64,000 nt of DNA from IMG/VR virus record IMGVR_UViG_3300006793_000015, positions 50,470-114,469 of that record; one strand, given 5' to 3'. A program made the position numbers and the translations under genes. Of the stretch, positions 19,178 through 28,577 are shown piece after piece. The DNA is from a virus. Under the pieces are notes generated by a model. That model was not told the origin of the DNA. It searched no databases and saw only the letters and a program-made list of their open reading frames with translations. Numbering within the stretch: position 1 is the first letter of the stretch; every line of letters starts with the position of its first letter.

Positions 19178-21310
19178 ATGGCAGACGACGCAATATTACA
19201 ACAAACTAAAGCAAGCATAGACGCACTATTTAATAGCGTTAGCAAATCTTCCAATAGAGCCAAAACAAGCCTTGATGGGTTAAGCAGATCTGCAAATTAT
19301 GCACAAGATAGTCTTAATAATTTAGGTGCAAGTTTTGGTGGCACAACGACAGCAACTGATCAACAGTCACGTGCATCTTACGTTGCAGCCGGCGCCTTAG
19401 GTGTTGCCGCCGGCGCTACCCAACAATACTCTGAGGTTATGAATGCACAGTCTCAAGTAATGGCAGCTGGAATAGCTCAGTCTATGGAAACAATTGAGGA
19501 AGAAGCATCAAAAGGCGGTAGTGGAATGGCAGCCTCAATGAAGGGTTTAATGGCCAAGCTTGGCCCAGTGGGCAAGATATTAACTGGCATCGGAACTGCC
19601 GGATTTGCATTAGGGAAGCAGATGGTAGATATTGGTGATCAAGCATATGCAGGTTGGCAAGAACAAGCAAAAGTGGGTGCAAGTTTTGGCGGTAGTATGG
19701 TTGAGTATACTAAAGCAGTTGGTGTTTCTAAACTAGGTTTTGAAGGATTCAACTCTGTTGTGAGAAACAACGCTGAAGCATTATCAGTTCTTGGCGGCAC
19801 AGTTAATGCTGGTGCTGAAAGATTTGCTAGAACTATGGCAGTTATGGGAGATTTTACTAGAGGCATGACCCAAGGCGTTCATGCAGGAAGATCATATATA
19901 GAAGTAACAAGAATGTTAGGTTTAAGCACATCTGATACTGCTGATTTAATGGCTGATATGAATAGCCAAACTGCGTTAGCAACTAATCTCCGGAAACTTG
20001 ACGACACCGGGCAAGCGAATGCCACCGCTAACTATATTAATCAAATGTCCCAATTAAGTATGCTTACTGGTAAAAGTATTAAAGAACAATCAGCACAAAG
20101 AAAGAAACTAGCAGCCGATGCTCAATTCCAAGCGGCAATTTATAAAATGCCTCTAGAACAACAAACAGCGATGATGGAGGCTTATGAAGAAGCAGTTTCG
20201 CTTGGCGGGCCACAAGCAGGCGAACTATTCAAAGCCGGTGTTACTGGTTCGTTTAAAGGAGTATCTGCAGAAGCCAAGCAGTTAGCGTCAACGGAAATGG
20301 GGCAGGCGTTTCTCGATATGGGACAAACTACGAAATCAGCTGGTATTAATGCAGCTAATGTTTTTGAAGAATCCTTACCGGCATTAAAGGCCGCAATAGA
20401 AAACACAAGGGATACATTTGCTGATTCAGCAGCTGCAGGTGTAGGCGCTGGATTAAATGCATTTAAGCAAAGTTTTAAAACATCTGTTAAACTCGATGCT
20501 ATTCAAGATGCGGCTAACGAGATTGCTCAAAAGACTGGCGTTGCAGGCGGCAATATTGCCAACGCTTTGGAACTTGTATATAAAGATATACACGGTGTAA
20601 GAACAAAGATGGGTCCAGATGGACAACAAGTTGTCGAAGGACAAGGTGACGAAGTTACCCTCGGGTACGCAAATATAGACGCAGTTAAAGAAGAACTTGC
20701 TAACGGAGCGTTACTTGTTGGTATAACCCAGCTAGGGACGCATCTCGAAAGTTTGGCTGGAGGCATGAATTCCCTCGGAGAAAAATTAGGTATAGGACTT
20801 ACTGCTGGTACAGCAACAGATGCAAAGGAATACGAAAATCTACCTATAGAACAGTTAAACGCAACAAACCGTTTTGTAACTAAGGAGCTCCGGACCATTG
20901 GCAATTTTTTCTCAACTCTAACTGGTGTTTTGACAGGTGAAGTAAGTAAAGAAGACTTACAGAAGTCTATGAGTGTTGGCTTTGCGAATTTAGAGACTCA
21001 ATATACAACAAGAGCTGCCAATGCAAAAGAAAAAGAAGTAGGTTCAAAAGAATTTAAGTTGCAAGAACAAGCAAAAATGGCAACTGGGTTAGCATATAAT
21101 GAACGCCCGGGACTGGCCATTGAAAAAATGACAGAACTTAATCAAACTCATGGTGATGAGGTAATATCATTGTCAAAACAACAGGTAGAACTTCTTGATC
21201 AAATTGTAACAAATACTAAGTCTGGAAACAACGCTAATCAAACAGATCCGGATGTTCGCCGACGTAAGCCGGTTGACCCAACCGGCTCCAGTTTGGAGGC
21301 CTTTCAATGA
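19178..21310 (+). CDS. Tape-measure-like protein
   Basis: 710 aa, Ala/Gly/Gln/Met-rich helical composition; adjacent to the frameshifting chaperone. Confidence 0.55.
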   Translation: MADDAILQQTKASIDALFNSVSKSSNRAKTSLDGLSRSANYAQDSLNNLGASFGGTTTATDQQSRASYVAAGALGVAAGATQQYSEVMNAQSQVMAAGIAQSMETIEEEASKGGSGMAASMKGLMAKLGPVGKILTGIGTAGFALGKQMVDIGDQAYAGWQEQAKVGASFGGSMVEYTKAVGVSKLGFEGFNSVVRNNAEALSVLGGTVNAGAERFARTMAVMGDFTRGMTQGVHAGRSYIEVTRMLGLSTSDTADLMADMNSQTALATNLRKLDDTGQANATANYINQMSQLSMLTGKSIKEQSAQRKKLAADAQFQAAIYKMPLEQQTAMMEAYEEAVSLGGPQAGELFKAGVTGSFKGVSAEAKQLASTEMGQAFLDMGQTTKSAGINAANVFEESLPALKAAIENTRDTFADSAAAGVGAGLNAFKQSFKTSVKLDAIQDAANEIAQKTGVAGGNIANALELVYKDIHGVRTKMGPDGQQVVEGQGDEVTLGYANIDAVKEELANGALLVGITQLGTHLESLAGGMNSLGEKLGIGLTAGTATDAKEYENLPIEQLNATNRFVTKELRTIGNFFSTLTGVLTGEVSKEDLQKSMSVGFANLETQYTTRAANAKEKEVGSKEFKLQEQAKMATGLAYNERPGLAIEKMTELNQTHGDEVISLSKQQVELLDQIVTNTKSGNNANQTDPDVRRRKPVDPTGSSLEAFQ

Positions 21311-21383
21311 CAGCCCTTAGTCACAATACAGTGAATATATTATAAAATAGGGTAAATAGTAGTACAGAATAAAGATTATAATT

Positions 21384-23039
21384 ATGACTTGGAAAAAACA
21401 TTTTACACAACCTAGTAACGTTGTTCCGATGAGAAACGGAACTCCTGATGTTGGCTTTAAAAACTATAGTTCAGTATTGCCTGAAGTTTATTCAGGGCAT
21501 CCTAATCGTATCGAACGTTATATTCAATATGATGCAATGGATCAAGATAGTGAAGTAAATTCAGCATTAGATATTTTGGCAGAATTTTGTACACAACAAA
21601 GTTCAGAATCTGGCATCGCGTTCCAAGTTCATTACCATGACGAAGCAACAGCAACAGAAACAGAAATTTTAAATACACAATTAAAGCATTGGTATAATTT
21701 GCAAAGTTTTGAACGTAAAATTTTTAAACTGTTCCGTAATACATTAAAGTACGGCGATCAAATGTTTATTCGTGATCCGGAAACACAAAGATGGTTTTTT
21801 GTTGATTGTGCCAAAGTTGAAAAAATTGTTGTTGATGAAAGTGCTGGTAAAAAGATTGAGCAATATGTAATTCGAGATTTGTCAATTAATTTCGAAACAA
21901 TGCAGACTGCTGAAAAAGATACAGCCGGTACTACAGTTCCTAATCTTATGAATAGAAATGGATCACAAACTGCTGAAAACGTATCAAATGCATCAAAATT
22001 TTCATACGGTAAAAAAGCCGTTGCTATTGATGCAAACCACATTGTGCATATTAGTTTAACTGAAGAAATGGACGGTTCATGGCCGTTTGGTAACAGTATT
22101 TTAGAAAATATTTTTAAAACATACAAACAGAAAGAATTATTAGAAGACGCTATTATTATCTATCGCGTCCAACGTGCTCCAGAACGCCGCGTATTTTATA
22201 TTGACGTAGGCAACATGCCATCACACATGGCTATGGGTTTTGTTGAGCGTGTTAAAAATGAAATTCACCAACGCAGAATTCCAAGTTCAACAGGTGGTGG
22301 TTCTAAGATGATGGACTCAACATACAATCCTCTTTCCATTATGGAAGATTACTTCTTTCCACAAACAGGAGAAGGGCGTGGTAGTAAAGTTGAAACATTG
22401 CCTGGCGGTGAGAACTTAGGACAAATTGATGATCTAAGATACTTTACAAACAAGTTATATAGAGCATTGCGTATTCCAGCAAGTTATTTGCCAACAGGCC
22501 CTGATGAAGGTGTTGCCGCATATAACGATGGTAGAGTAGGCACAGCACTAATACAAGAATTTAGATTTAATGAATACTGTAAACGATTACAAACAGTGGT
22601 TTCGTCAACAATCGACGATGAATTTAAACTATTTTTAAAGACACGCGGTGTTAATATTGACAACAGTATTTTTGAAATTAAGTTTAACGAGCCACAAAAC
22701 TTTGCTTCATATAGACAAGCGGAGTTAGATAATACAAAGATTTCAGCATTTTCACAATTAGAGCAATTGCCATATATGAGCAAACGCTTCTTGTTAACAC
22801 GTTACTTGGGTCTAACAGAACAAGAGTTGATTGAAAACACAGAGATGTGGGAACAAGAAACTGGCAACACCAAAGCGGCACAAGTTTATGGTTCAGACAT
22901 GCGTAACGTTGGTATTACACCTGGTGGATTGGATTCTGATATGTCAATGGCAGAAGAACCAGAACTTCCTGAAGGTGGTGAAGATATTGAAGGTGTTGAA
23001 GGCGGTGAAGCACCTGCTGAAACTCCAACAACTGTATAA
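21384..23039 (+). CDS. gp20: Portal protein, gp20-like
   Basis: LLEDAIIIYRVQRAPERRVFYIDVGNMP, EDYFFP..GEGRGSKVETLPGG are T4 gp20 motifs. Confidence 0.95.
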   Translation: MTWKKHFTQPSNVVPMRNGTPDVGFKNYSSVLPEVYSGHPNRIERYIQYDAMDQDSEVNSALDILAEFCTQQSSESGIAFQVHYHDEATATETEILNTQLKHWYNLQSFERKIFKLFRNTLKYGDQMFIRDPETQRWFFVDCAKVEKIVVDESAGKKIEQYVIRDLSINFETMQTAEKDTAGTTVPNLMNRNGSQTAENVSNASKFSYGKKAVAIDANHIVHISLTEEMDGSWPFGNSILENIFKTYKQKELLEDAIIIYRVQRAPERRVFYIDVGNMPSHMAMGFVERVKNEIHQRRIPSSTGGGSKMMDSTYNPLSIMEDYFFPQTGEGRGSKVETLPGGENLGQIDDLRYFTNKLYRALRIPASYLPTGPDEGVAAYNDGRVGTALIQEFRFNEYCKRLQTVVSSTIDDEFKLFLKTRGVNIDNSIFEIKFNEPQNFASYRQAELDNTKISAFSQLEQLPYMSKRFLLTRYLGLTEQELIENTEMWEQETGNTKAAQVYGSDMRNVGITPGGLDSDMSMAEEPELPEGGEDIEGVEGGEAPAETPTTV

Positions 23040-23050
23040 ATAGTATTATG
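23035..23050 (+). promoter_or_regulatory. Late promoter, TAAATA-N5-ATG type (representative of nine; see findings)
   Basis: TATAAATA-GTATT-ATG; T4 late consensus is TATAAATA and a gp55 homologue is in the window. Confidence 0.75.
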
Positions 23051-23287
23051 ATTTTACTAGAACTATTTGGTCAAAATGAAGAGAAAGATGATGACGGTCG
23101 TTACGATCCAGAGTCTGACCAAACTATTATTAAAAAATCAGATACACGTAAAACAAGATTAACATTAACACAAATTAATAAGCTTAGAAAAATTTCAGAG
23201 TTAAGAGCGGCTGAAAAAATACAAGACGCTGAAAAATATCAAAAGCAGTATGGTGCAACGCCAGAACCTGCTATGCCTGCTATGTAA
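23048..23287 (+). CDS. Small head-associated protein
   Basis: 79 aa after the portal; MILLELF N-terminus; DTRKTRLTLTQINKLRK; TATAAATA-N5-ATG promoter. Confidence 0.65.
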   Translation: MILLELFGQNEEKDDDGRYDPESDQTIIKKSDTRKTRLTLTQINKLRKISELRAAEKIQDAEKYQKQYGATPEPAMPAM

Positions 23288-23347
23288 TAAAAATAAACAG
23301 AAAAACCCTTTTTCTTGTCGCTTTGGCATCATTCGAGTATAATATTA

Positions 23348-24936
23348 GTCTCCTTTGTTAAATATATAAAAGGAATGATTTCGCTATGAGTAATAAATTT
23401 GAACAGTTGCTTGAATATATCATCAACGAAGAGCAAGATAAAGCTAAAGAGCTTTTCCATGAAATTATTGTGGATAAATCTCGCGAGATTTATGAAGGCT
23501 TGATTGATGAGCAAGATCTTGAAGCTATCGAAGAGGAAATTGAAGAAGTAGATGAAGAAATTTCCAAATTTTATAATCAAATATTAACTGAAGCAGATTT
23601 GCCGCCAGGCGAATTGAAAAAGCTCCATAGCGATATAGCCAAGATTCGTCGGGATACAGGTACTCAATCTGCTGAACATAATGCTTTCTTTAAAAAATTA
23701 ACGAAGGAAATTATTAATAATAATGTAGAAGGATTTAAGAATTTTATTAATAAAAAACCTGAGCCTTTAATGCCTTACCAAAAAGGATCTTATGTTGATC
23801 AACCTGAGAAGGCGCAAGATTTAGAATATGTTAAACGTAAGGCACCTGAGCAATGGGAGGCAATTATGGCTGTCCCGGCTGACAGTTCGATGCCCCCTGA
23901 ATTTAAGCCAGGAACTGCAACAGTATATATGCAATTTCATGGTTCAGTAGAAGATGATATTGCTATGTGGGTCAGTAGAGTGTTTGGTGGTGAAGACGCA
24001 GAGATTGAAGATGAAGATGAAGGTGCTCGTCCAGGGCAACATCCTTTTCGGAAATTTTGGGATTTGGTTCATGATGAAGAATTTATGAACAATGCAAACC
24101 CTGGTATTGTAAAAAAACTTACTGCTGTTAAAAAGAAATACATCAATGGCACATACAATCTTTATAATCTTGAAAAAACAACAAAAAAGCTTATGGCTGA
24201 CCTCGGTCAAAGATGGAAACATGATAAAGTAGAAAGGCAACGTTTAGAGACAGAAGCACCAATTATAATGAGATTTGATAATGGTTTTATGTGGGTGCGT
24301 TTAGATTCTATAGAAGAAATGCAACGCGAAGGCGACATGATGCAAAATTGCATTAGTGGTTATTGTCCAGTTGGCATAGAAGCCGATGATGATATAGAAA
24401 CTGGAGCAACTCCCGGTGGCCATTTAATTTATAGTTTGCGTGATAAGAATGGGGAATCTCATATATCTGCAGAATATGATCCAGATGTAGATATGAATAA
24501 TATACAGCCAACAGAAGCATTAGGCAAACAAAATAAAACAGCCATTAACAAATATAAACCATATATTAAAAAATTAAATGACTTCTTTGCAGAGAATCCT
24601 GAAACATTTGGTCCTAAAGGCAACACACAGGAAATGCAATAAGCAGATCTGCTTATTTTTATGCCATTTTGGCACTGTTTGAGCATAGAAACAGTTTCCT
24701 TTGTTAAATATAGATGATATTTTGTAACTTTTATATATAAAAGGAGTGATTTCGCTATGAGTAATAAATTTGAACAGTTGCTAGATTACATCATCAACGA
24801 AGAGCAAGATAAAGCTCGCGAACTTTTCCACGAAGTTGTTGTTGAAAAGTCACGTGAAATTTATGAAGGCTTAATTGATGAACAAGATCTTGATGCTATC
24901 GAAGAAGAGATTGAAGAAGTTGAAGAAGCAATCTCA
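23348..24936 (+). repeat. Direct duplication of upstream signals plus 60 codons (about 23348-23565 and about 24697-24936)
   Basis: Both copies share tcctttgttaaatata and tatataaaagga(a/g)tgatttcgctATGAGTAATAAATTTGAACAGTTG; later differences are mostly synonymous or conservative. Confidence 0.9.
23386..24642 (+). CDS. Chimeric protein: prohead-core N-terminal leader fused to a PcfJ-like domain
   Basis: First 60 aa are 52/60 identical to ORF 24757; C-terminal WVRL...EGDMMQNCISGY...IYSLRD...H.SAEY...GKQN resembles PcfJ-like domains. Confidence 0.7.
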   Translation: MSNKFEQLLEYIINEEQDKAKELFHEIIVDKSREIYEGLIDEQDLEAIEEEIEEVDEEISKFYNQILTEADLPPGELKKLHSDIAKIRRDTGTQSAEHNAFFKKLTKEIINNNVEGFKNFINKKPEPLMPYQKGSYVDQPEKAQDLEYVKRKAPEQWEAIMAVPADSSMPPEFKPGTATVYMQFHGSVEDDIAMWVSRVFGGEDAEIEDEDEGARPGQHPFRKFWDLVHDEEFMNNANPGIVKKLTAVKKKYINGTYNLYNLEKTTKKLMADLGQRWKHDKVERQRLETEAPIIMRFDNGFMWVRLDSIEEMQREGDMMQNCISGYCPVGIEADDDIETGATPGGHLIYSLRDKNGESHISAEYDPDVDMNNIQPTEALGKQNKTAINKYKPYIKKLNDFFAENPETFGPKGNTQEMQ

Positions 24937-25467
24937 GACGAGGAAGTAGAAGATTTTGTTAGTGATATTGAAGGCGACGAAGAAGGTATGTCTCTAGAAG
25001 ACGCAAGTGAAGAACTTGACGACGCTATGGACATGGAAGATGAAGGTGACTACGAAGGTGACGAAGAAGAAGCCGACGAAGAAACCGACGAAAGAATCAG
25101 TGATTTAGAATCTGCATTTGATGAACTTCAAGCAGAATTCGACAAGTTAATGTCAAGCGTTGAAGGCGATGATGCTGAAGAAGAAGCTGACATGGACGAC
25201 ATGGAAGACGAAATGGAAGAATCCGTTGAGTCAGACGAAGATTTAGAAGAGTCAGAAGAAGTAGTTGCTGAAGCTGCTGAACTAAAGCCAGTGCCTGCCC
25301 CAACAGGCGGCGCAAGTGAAGGTTCATCACCAGTTGCATCAGGTGGTAAGGCAAGCAATGATGCTCATGAACCAGGTGCAATGTCATCAGGCGAAGGTAA
25401 GAGTGCCCCTGCTCCAAAGGCAGACGATATGGACATGACTACAGAACCAGACATGAAGAAGGTTTAA
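24757..25467 (+). CDS. Highly acidic prohead core protein (gp67/gp68 position)
   Basis: Very Asp/Glu-rich 236 aa between portal and protease; SD AAGGAG. Confidence 0.65.
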   Translation: MSNKFEQLLDYIINEEQDKARELFHEVVVEKSREIYEGLIDEQDLDAIEEEIEEVEEAISDEEVEDFVSDIEGDEEGMSLEDASEELDDAMDMEDEGDYEGDEEEADEETDERISDLESAFDELQAEFDKLMSSVEGDDAEEEADMDDMEDEMEESVESDEDLEESEEVVAEAAELKPVPAPTGGASEGSSPVASGGKASNDAHEPGAMSSGEGKSAPAPKADDMDMTTEPDMKKV

Positions 25468-25479
25468 CAGGTAAACGAA

Positions 25480-26103
25480 ATGACTTATCTAAGAGAACAC
25501 TTGACATTTGACCAAGCTCGTATTGTAACTGAGACCGATTCAGAAGGCAAGAATTTATACATGAAGGGTATTTGCATCCAAGGTGGTGTAAAGAACGCTA
25601 ATAAACGTGTATATCCTGTTGATGAAATCCAAACGGCGGTATCAAGTTTGAATGAGCAAATCAATCAAGGTAACTCTGTTCTAGGCGAAGTTGACCATCC
25701 AGACGATCTTAAGATTAACTTAGATCGTGTTTCCCACATGGTTTCAGAAATGTGGATGGATGGCCCAAACGGTTATGGTAAACTTAAAGTCCTGCCAACA
25801 CCAATGGGTAACTTAGTTAAAACGATGCTAGAGTCAGGTGTTAAATTAGGAGTTTCATCCAGAGGAAGCGGCAATGTTCGTGAAACCTCTGGAGACGTTT
25901 CAGATTTTGAAATCGTTACTATTGATATAGTAGCACAACCCAGTGCTCCAGACGCATATCCAACAGCAATTTATGAAGGTCTCTTAAACATGAGAGGCGG
26001 GCATAGAGTGCTTGAGGCAGCTGCTGAAGTACGTGAGAATCAAAAGGCGCAAAAATACCTAAAAGAAAGTATTTTACGCCTCATAAAGGACATAAAAATT
26101 TAG
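25480..26103 (+). CDS. gp21: Prohead protease, gp21-like
   Basis: NANKRVYP, LGEVDHP, VSH, GVSSRGSG, DIVAQPSAPDA. Confidence 0.93.
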   Translation: MTYLREHLTFDQARIVTETDSEGKNLYMKGICIQGGVKNANKRVYPVDEIQTAVSSLNEQINQGNSVLGEVDHPDDLKINLDRVSHMVSEMWMDGPNGYGKLKVLPTPMGNLVKTMLESGVKLGVSSRGSGNVRETSGDVSDFEIVTIDIVAQPSAPDAYPTAIYEGLLNMRGGHRVLEAAAEVRENQKAQKYLKESILRLIKDIKI

Positions 26104-26112
26104 GAGAACATT

Positions 26113-27222
26113 ATGTTAGACGTATTTAAACCACTTATCGAAAATAACATTATCTCTGAAGAAGTTCAAGCAGAACTAACAGAAGCTTGGGATGCAAAGT
26201 TGGCAGAAGCCACTGAGCAAAACAAGGCTGAGTTGCGCGAAGAATTTGCACAAAGATATGAACACGATAAAGAGGCGATTGTCGAAGCCCTAGATACAAT
26301 GGTTACAGATTCTCTAAAACAAGAAATCAACGAATTTGTAGAAGATAAGCAAGCATTACTAGCTGAGCGAGTAGCATACAAGACAGCAGTAACAGAGCAT
26401 GCCGATATTCTAAGCAAGTTCGTAACAGAGAATCTAGCATCTGAAATGGGCGAGTTCCGTGCTGATAGAGGCACACAGGCTCAAACAATTCAGAAACTAG
26501 AAGATTTCGTAATCAAAGCATTAAGCGAAGAGATTGTTGAATTCAACGAAGACAAAAAAGACGTAGTTGAAACAAAAGTAAGACTAGTAGCAGAAGCAAA
26601 AGCAAAACTAGCCGAACTTAAGAAAACATTCATTGAGCGTAGTGCTAAGATGGTTGAAGAGACTGTCACTAAAACTATTAAGGGTGAGATGTCACAACTT
26701 AAAGAAGATATCCAGATTGCTCGTGAGAACAATTTTGGACGTCAATTATTTGAAGCATATGCCGCGGAGTATGCCCATTCATATTTGAATGAGAATACAG
26801 AAGTAGCTAAGCTAAGCAAAGAACTTTCAGAGATGGAAGAGGTGTTGGCTGAAGCCAATAAAACAATTGAAGAAAAGGATGCACTCGTAGAGGCAAAAAT
26901 GAGTGAAATCAATATTATGAACGACCAAGCAAGCAGAAAAGACGTTCTTTCACAACTACTTTCACCATTGGCGAAAGAGAAGAAAGACGTAATGGAAAGT
27001 TTACTTGAATCAGTTCAAACTGAGAAACTTAAAGCATCTTTTGACAAATACCTACCAGCGGTTATTAATGGCGATGGTAATGGTATTAAACGCAAACTTA
27101 CAGAAGGTACAGCAAAGAAAGAAGTAACTGGTGACCGCGAAGTTGTTACGGAAGAACGTGCAACAGAGCAACAAGCATCTACATCTAACATTGTTGACTT
27201 GAAGAAGTTAGCAGGATTATAA
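26113..27222 (+). CDS. gp22: Prohead scaffold protein, gp22-like
   Basis: Acidic coiled coil between protease and capsid genes; ends LKKLAGL. Confidence 0.8.
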   Translation: MLDVFKPLIENNIISEEVQAELTEAWDAKLAEATEQNKAELREEFAQRYEHDKEAIVEALDTMVTDSLKQEINEFVEDKQALLAERVAYKTAVTEHADILSKFVTENLASEMGEFRADRGTQAQTIQKLEDFVIKALSEEIVEFNEDKKDVVETKVRLVAEAKAKLAELKKTFIERSAKMVEETVTKTIKGEMSQLKEDIQIARENNFGRQLFEAYAAEYAHSYLNENTEVAKLSKELSEMEEVLAEANKTIEEKDALVEAKMSEINIMNDQASRKDVLSQLLSPLAKEKKDVMESLLESVQTEKLKASFDKYLPAVINGDGNGIKRKLTEGTAKKEVTGDREVVTEERATEQQASTSNIVDLKKLAGL

Positions 27223-27252
27223 ATTTATAATTAAGGAGTTTAGGAGACTAAA

Positions 27253-28425
27253 ATGTCAGAACTATTAAATGAAAACTGGAGCGAAACCAAAGACGCACTT
27301 TTAGAGGGTCTTTCAGGTTCAGCTCGTAGTACAATGGCAGTAACTCTAGAAAATACAAAAAGTTATCTAGCAGAAGCTGCAACAGCCGGCGCATCAACAT
27401 CAGGTAATGTTGCAACACTTAACAGAGTAATTTTACCAGTAATCCGCCGTGTAATGCCATCAGTAATTGCTAACGAAATCGTTGGCGTTCAACCAATGGC
27501 AGGTCCAGTGGGCCAAATCCACACATTGAGAGTACGTTACGCAGACGCATTCACAGGCAGTGCAGGTGGTAACACAACAGCAGGCGAAGAGGCATTAAGC
27601 CCATTCAAAGTTGCTGAAGGTTACTCAGGCAACGTTGCTTCAGCTGATACAGCAGGCGCAACAGCAGCTAATGAAGGCTCAGCAGGTAACAGACTAAGCA
27701 TTCAAATCTTGAAGCAACCAGTAGAAGCAAAGACACGTAAGCTATCAGCACGTTGGACTTTCGAAGCTGCTCAAGATGCTAACTCAATGCACGGTATTGA
27801 CATGGAAGCAGAAATCATGTCAGCACTAGCACAAGAGATTACAGCTGAAATTGATCAAGAGATTCTACGTTCACTACGTGGTATCGCATCAACAGACTTC
27901 ACATTCGACCAAACAGGCGTTTCAGGTACAGCAACATACGTTGGTGACGAACACGCCGCATTGGCAGTAACAATGAACCGCGCAGCCAACGCTATCGCAC
28001 AACGCACACGTCGTGGTGCCGGTAACTGGGCAGTTGTAGGTACAGACGCACTAACAGCAATTCAATCTGCTTCAACAAGTGCATTTGCTCGTACAACAGA
28101 AGGTTCATTTGAAGCACCAGTTAACCAAAAGATGGTTGGCACACTAAACGGTGCAATGAAAGTTTACGTTGATACATACCAAGGTACAAACGATTCAGTA
28201 CTAGTAGGTTATAAGGGTTCAAGCGAAGCAGACGCAGCCGCTTTCTATTGCCCATACATTCCTCTAATGTCATCAGGTACAGTATTAGATCCTGATACAT
28301 TCGAGCCAGTCGTAGGCTTCATGACACGTTATGGTTATGTTGCACTAACAAACACAGCATCATCACTAGGTAATGCTGGCGACTACCTACAAAAAATCAA
28401 CATCTCAAACCTATCATTTGTATAA
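27253..28425 (+). CDS. gp23: Major capsid protein, gp23-like
   Basis: IRRVMP..IANEIVGVQPMAGPVGQI, EAKTRKLSARWTFEAAQD, EITAEIDQEI, FYCPYIPL, GFMTRYG; strongly biased codons. Confidence 0.96.
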   Translation: MSELLNENWSETKDALLEGLSGSARSTMAVTLENTKSYLAEAATAGASTSGNVATLNRVILPVIRRVMPSVIANEIVGVQPMAGPVGQIHTLRVRYADAFTGSAGGNTTAGEEALSPFKVAEGYSGNVASADTAGATAANEGSAGNRLSIQILKQPVEAKTRKLSARWTFEAAQDANSMHGIDMEAEIMSALAQEITAEIDQEILRSLRGIASTDFTFDQTGVSGTATYVGDEHAALAVTMNRAANAIAQRTRRGAGNWAVVGTDALTAIQSASTSAFARTTEGSFEAPVNQKMVGTLNGAMKVYVDTYQGTNDSVLVGYKGSSEADAAAFYCPYIPLMSSGTVLDPDTFEPVVGFMTRYGYVALTNTASSLGNAGDYLQKINISNLSFV

Positions 28426-28448
28426 GGTTTAGAACTTTTTGTAAAGAT

Positions 28449-28476
28449 AACCCCCCGTTATTTGGGGGGTTTTTCT
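28449..28476 (+). terminator. Intrinsic terminator after the capsid gene
   Basis: AACCCCCC-GTTATTT-GGGGGGTT followed by a T-tract. Confidence 0.85.
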
Positions 28477-28577
28477 TGACTAAATAATACTGCTTACTAA
28501 TGGGTAGTAAGTTTATGGGGACTAACCCTCCTCGTAGCGGATAGAACCCGCAACGGACTTCTAAAAGGAGAAATAAA

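Noticed and set aside
23386-24642. Pseudogene or simple tandem paralogue of the core gene
   Set aside because: The ORF is intact for 418 aa, similarity stops sharply after about 60 codons, and the rest looks like a distinct folded domain.
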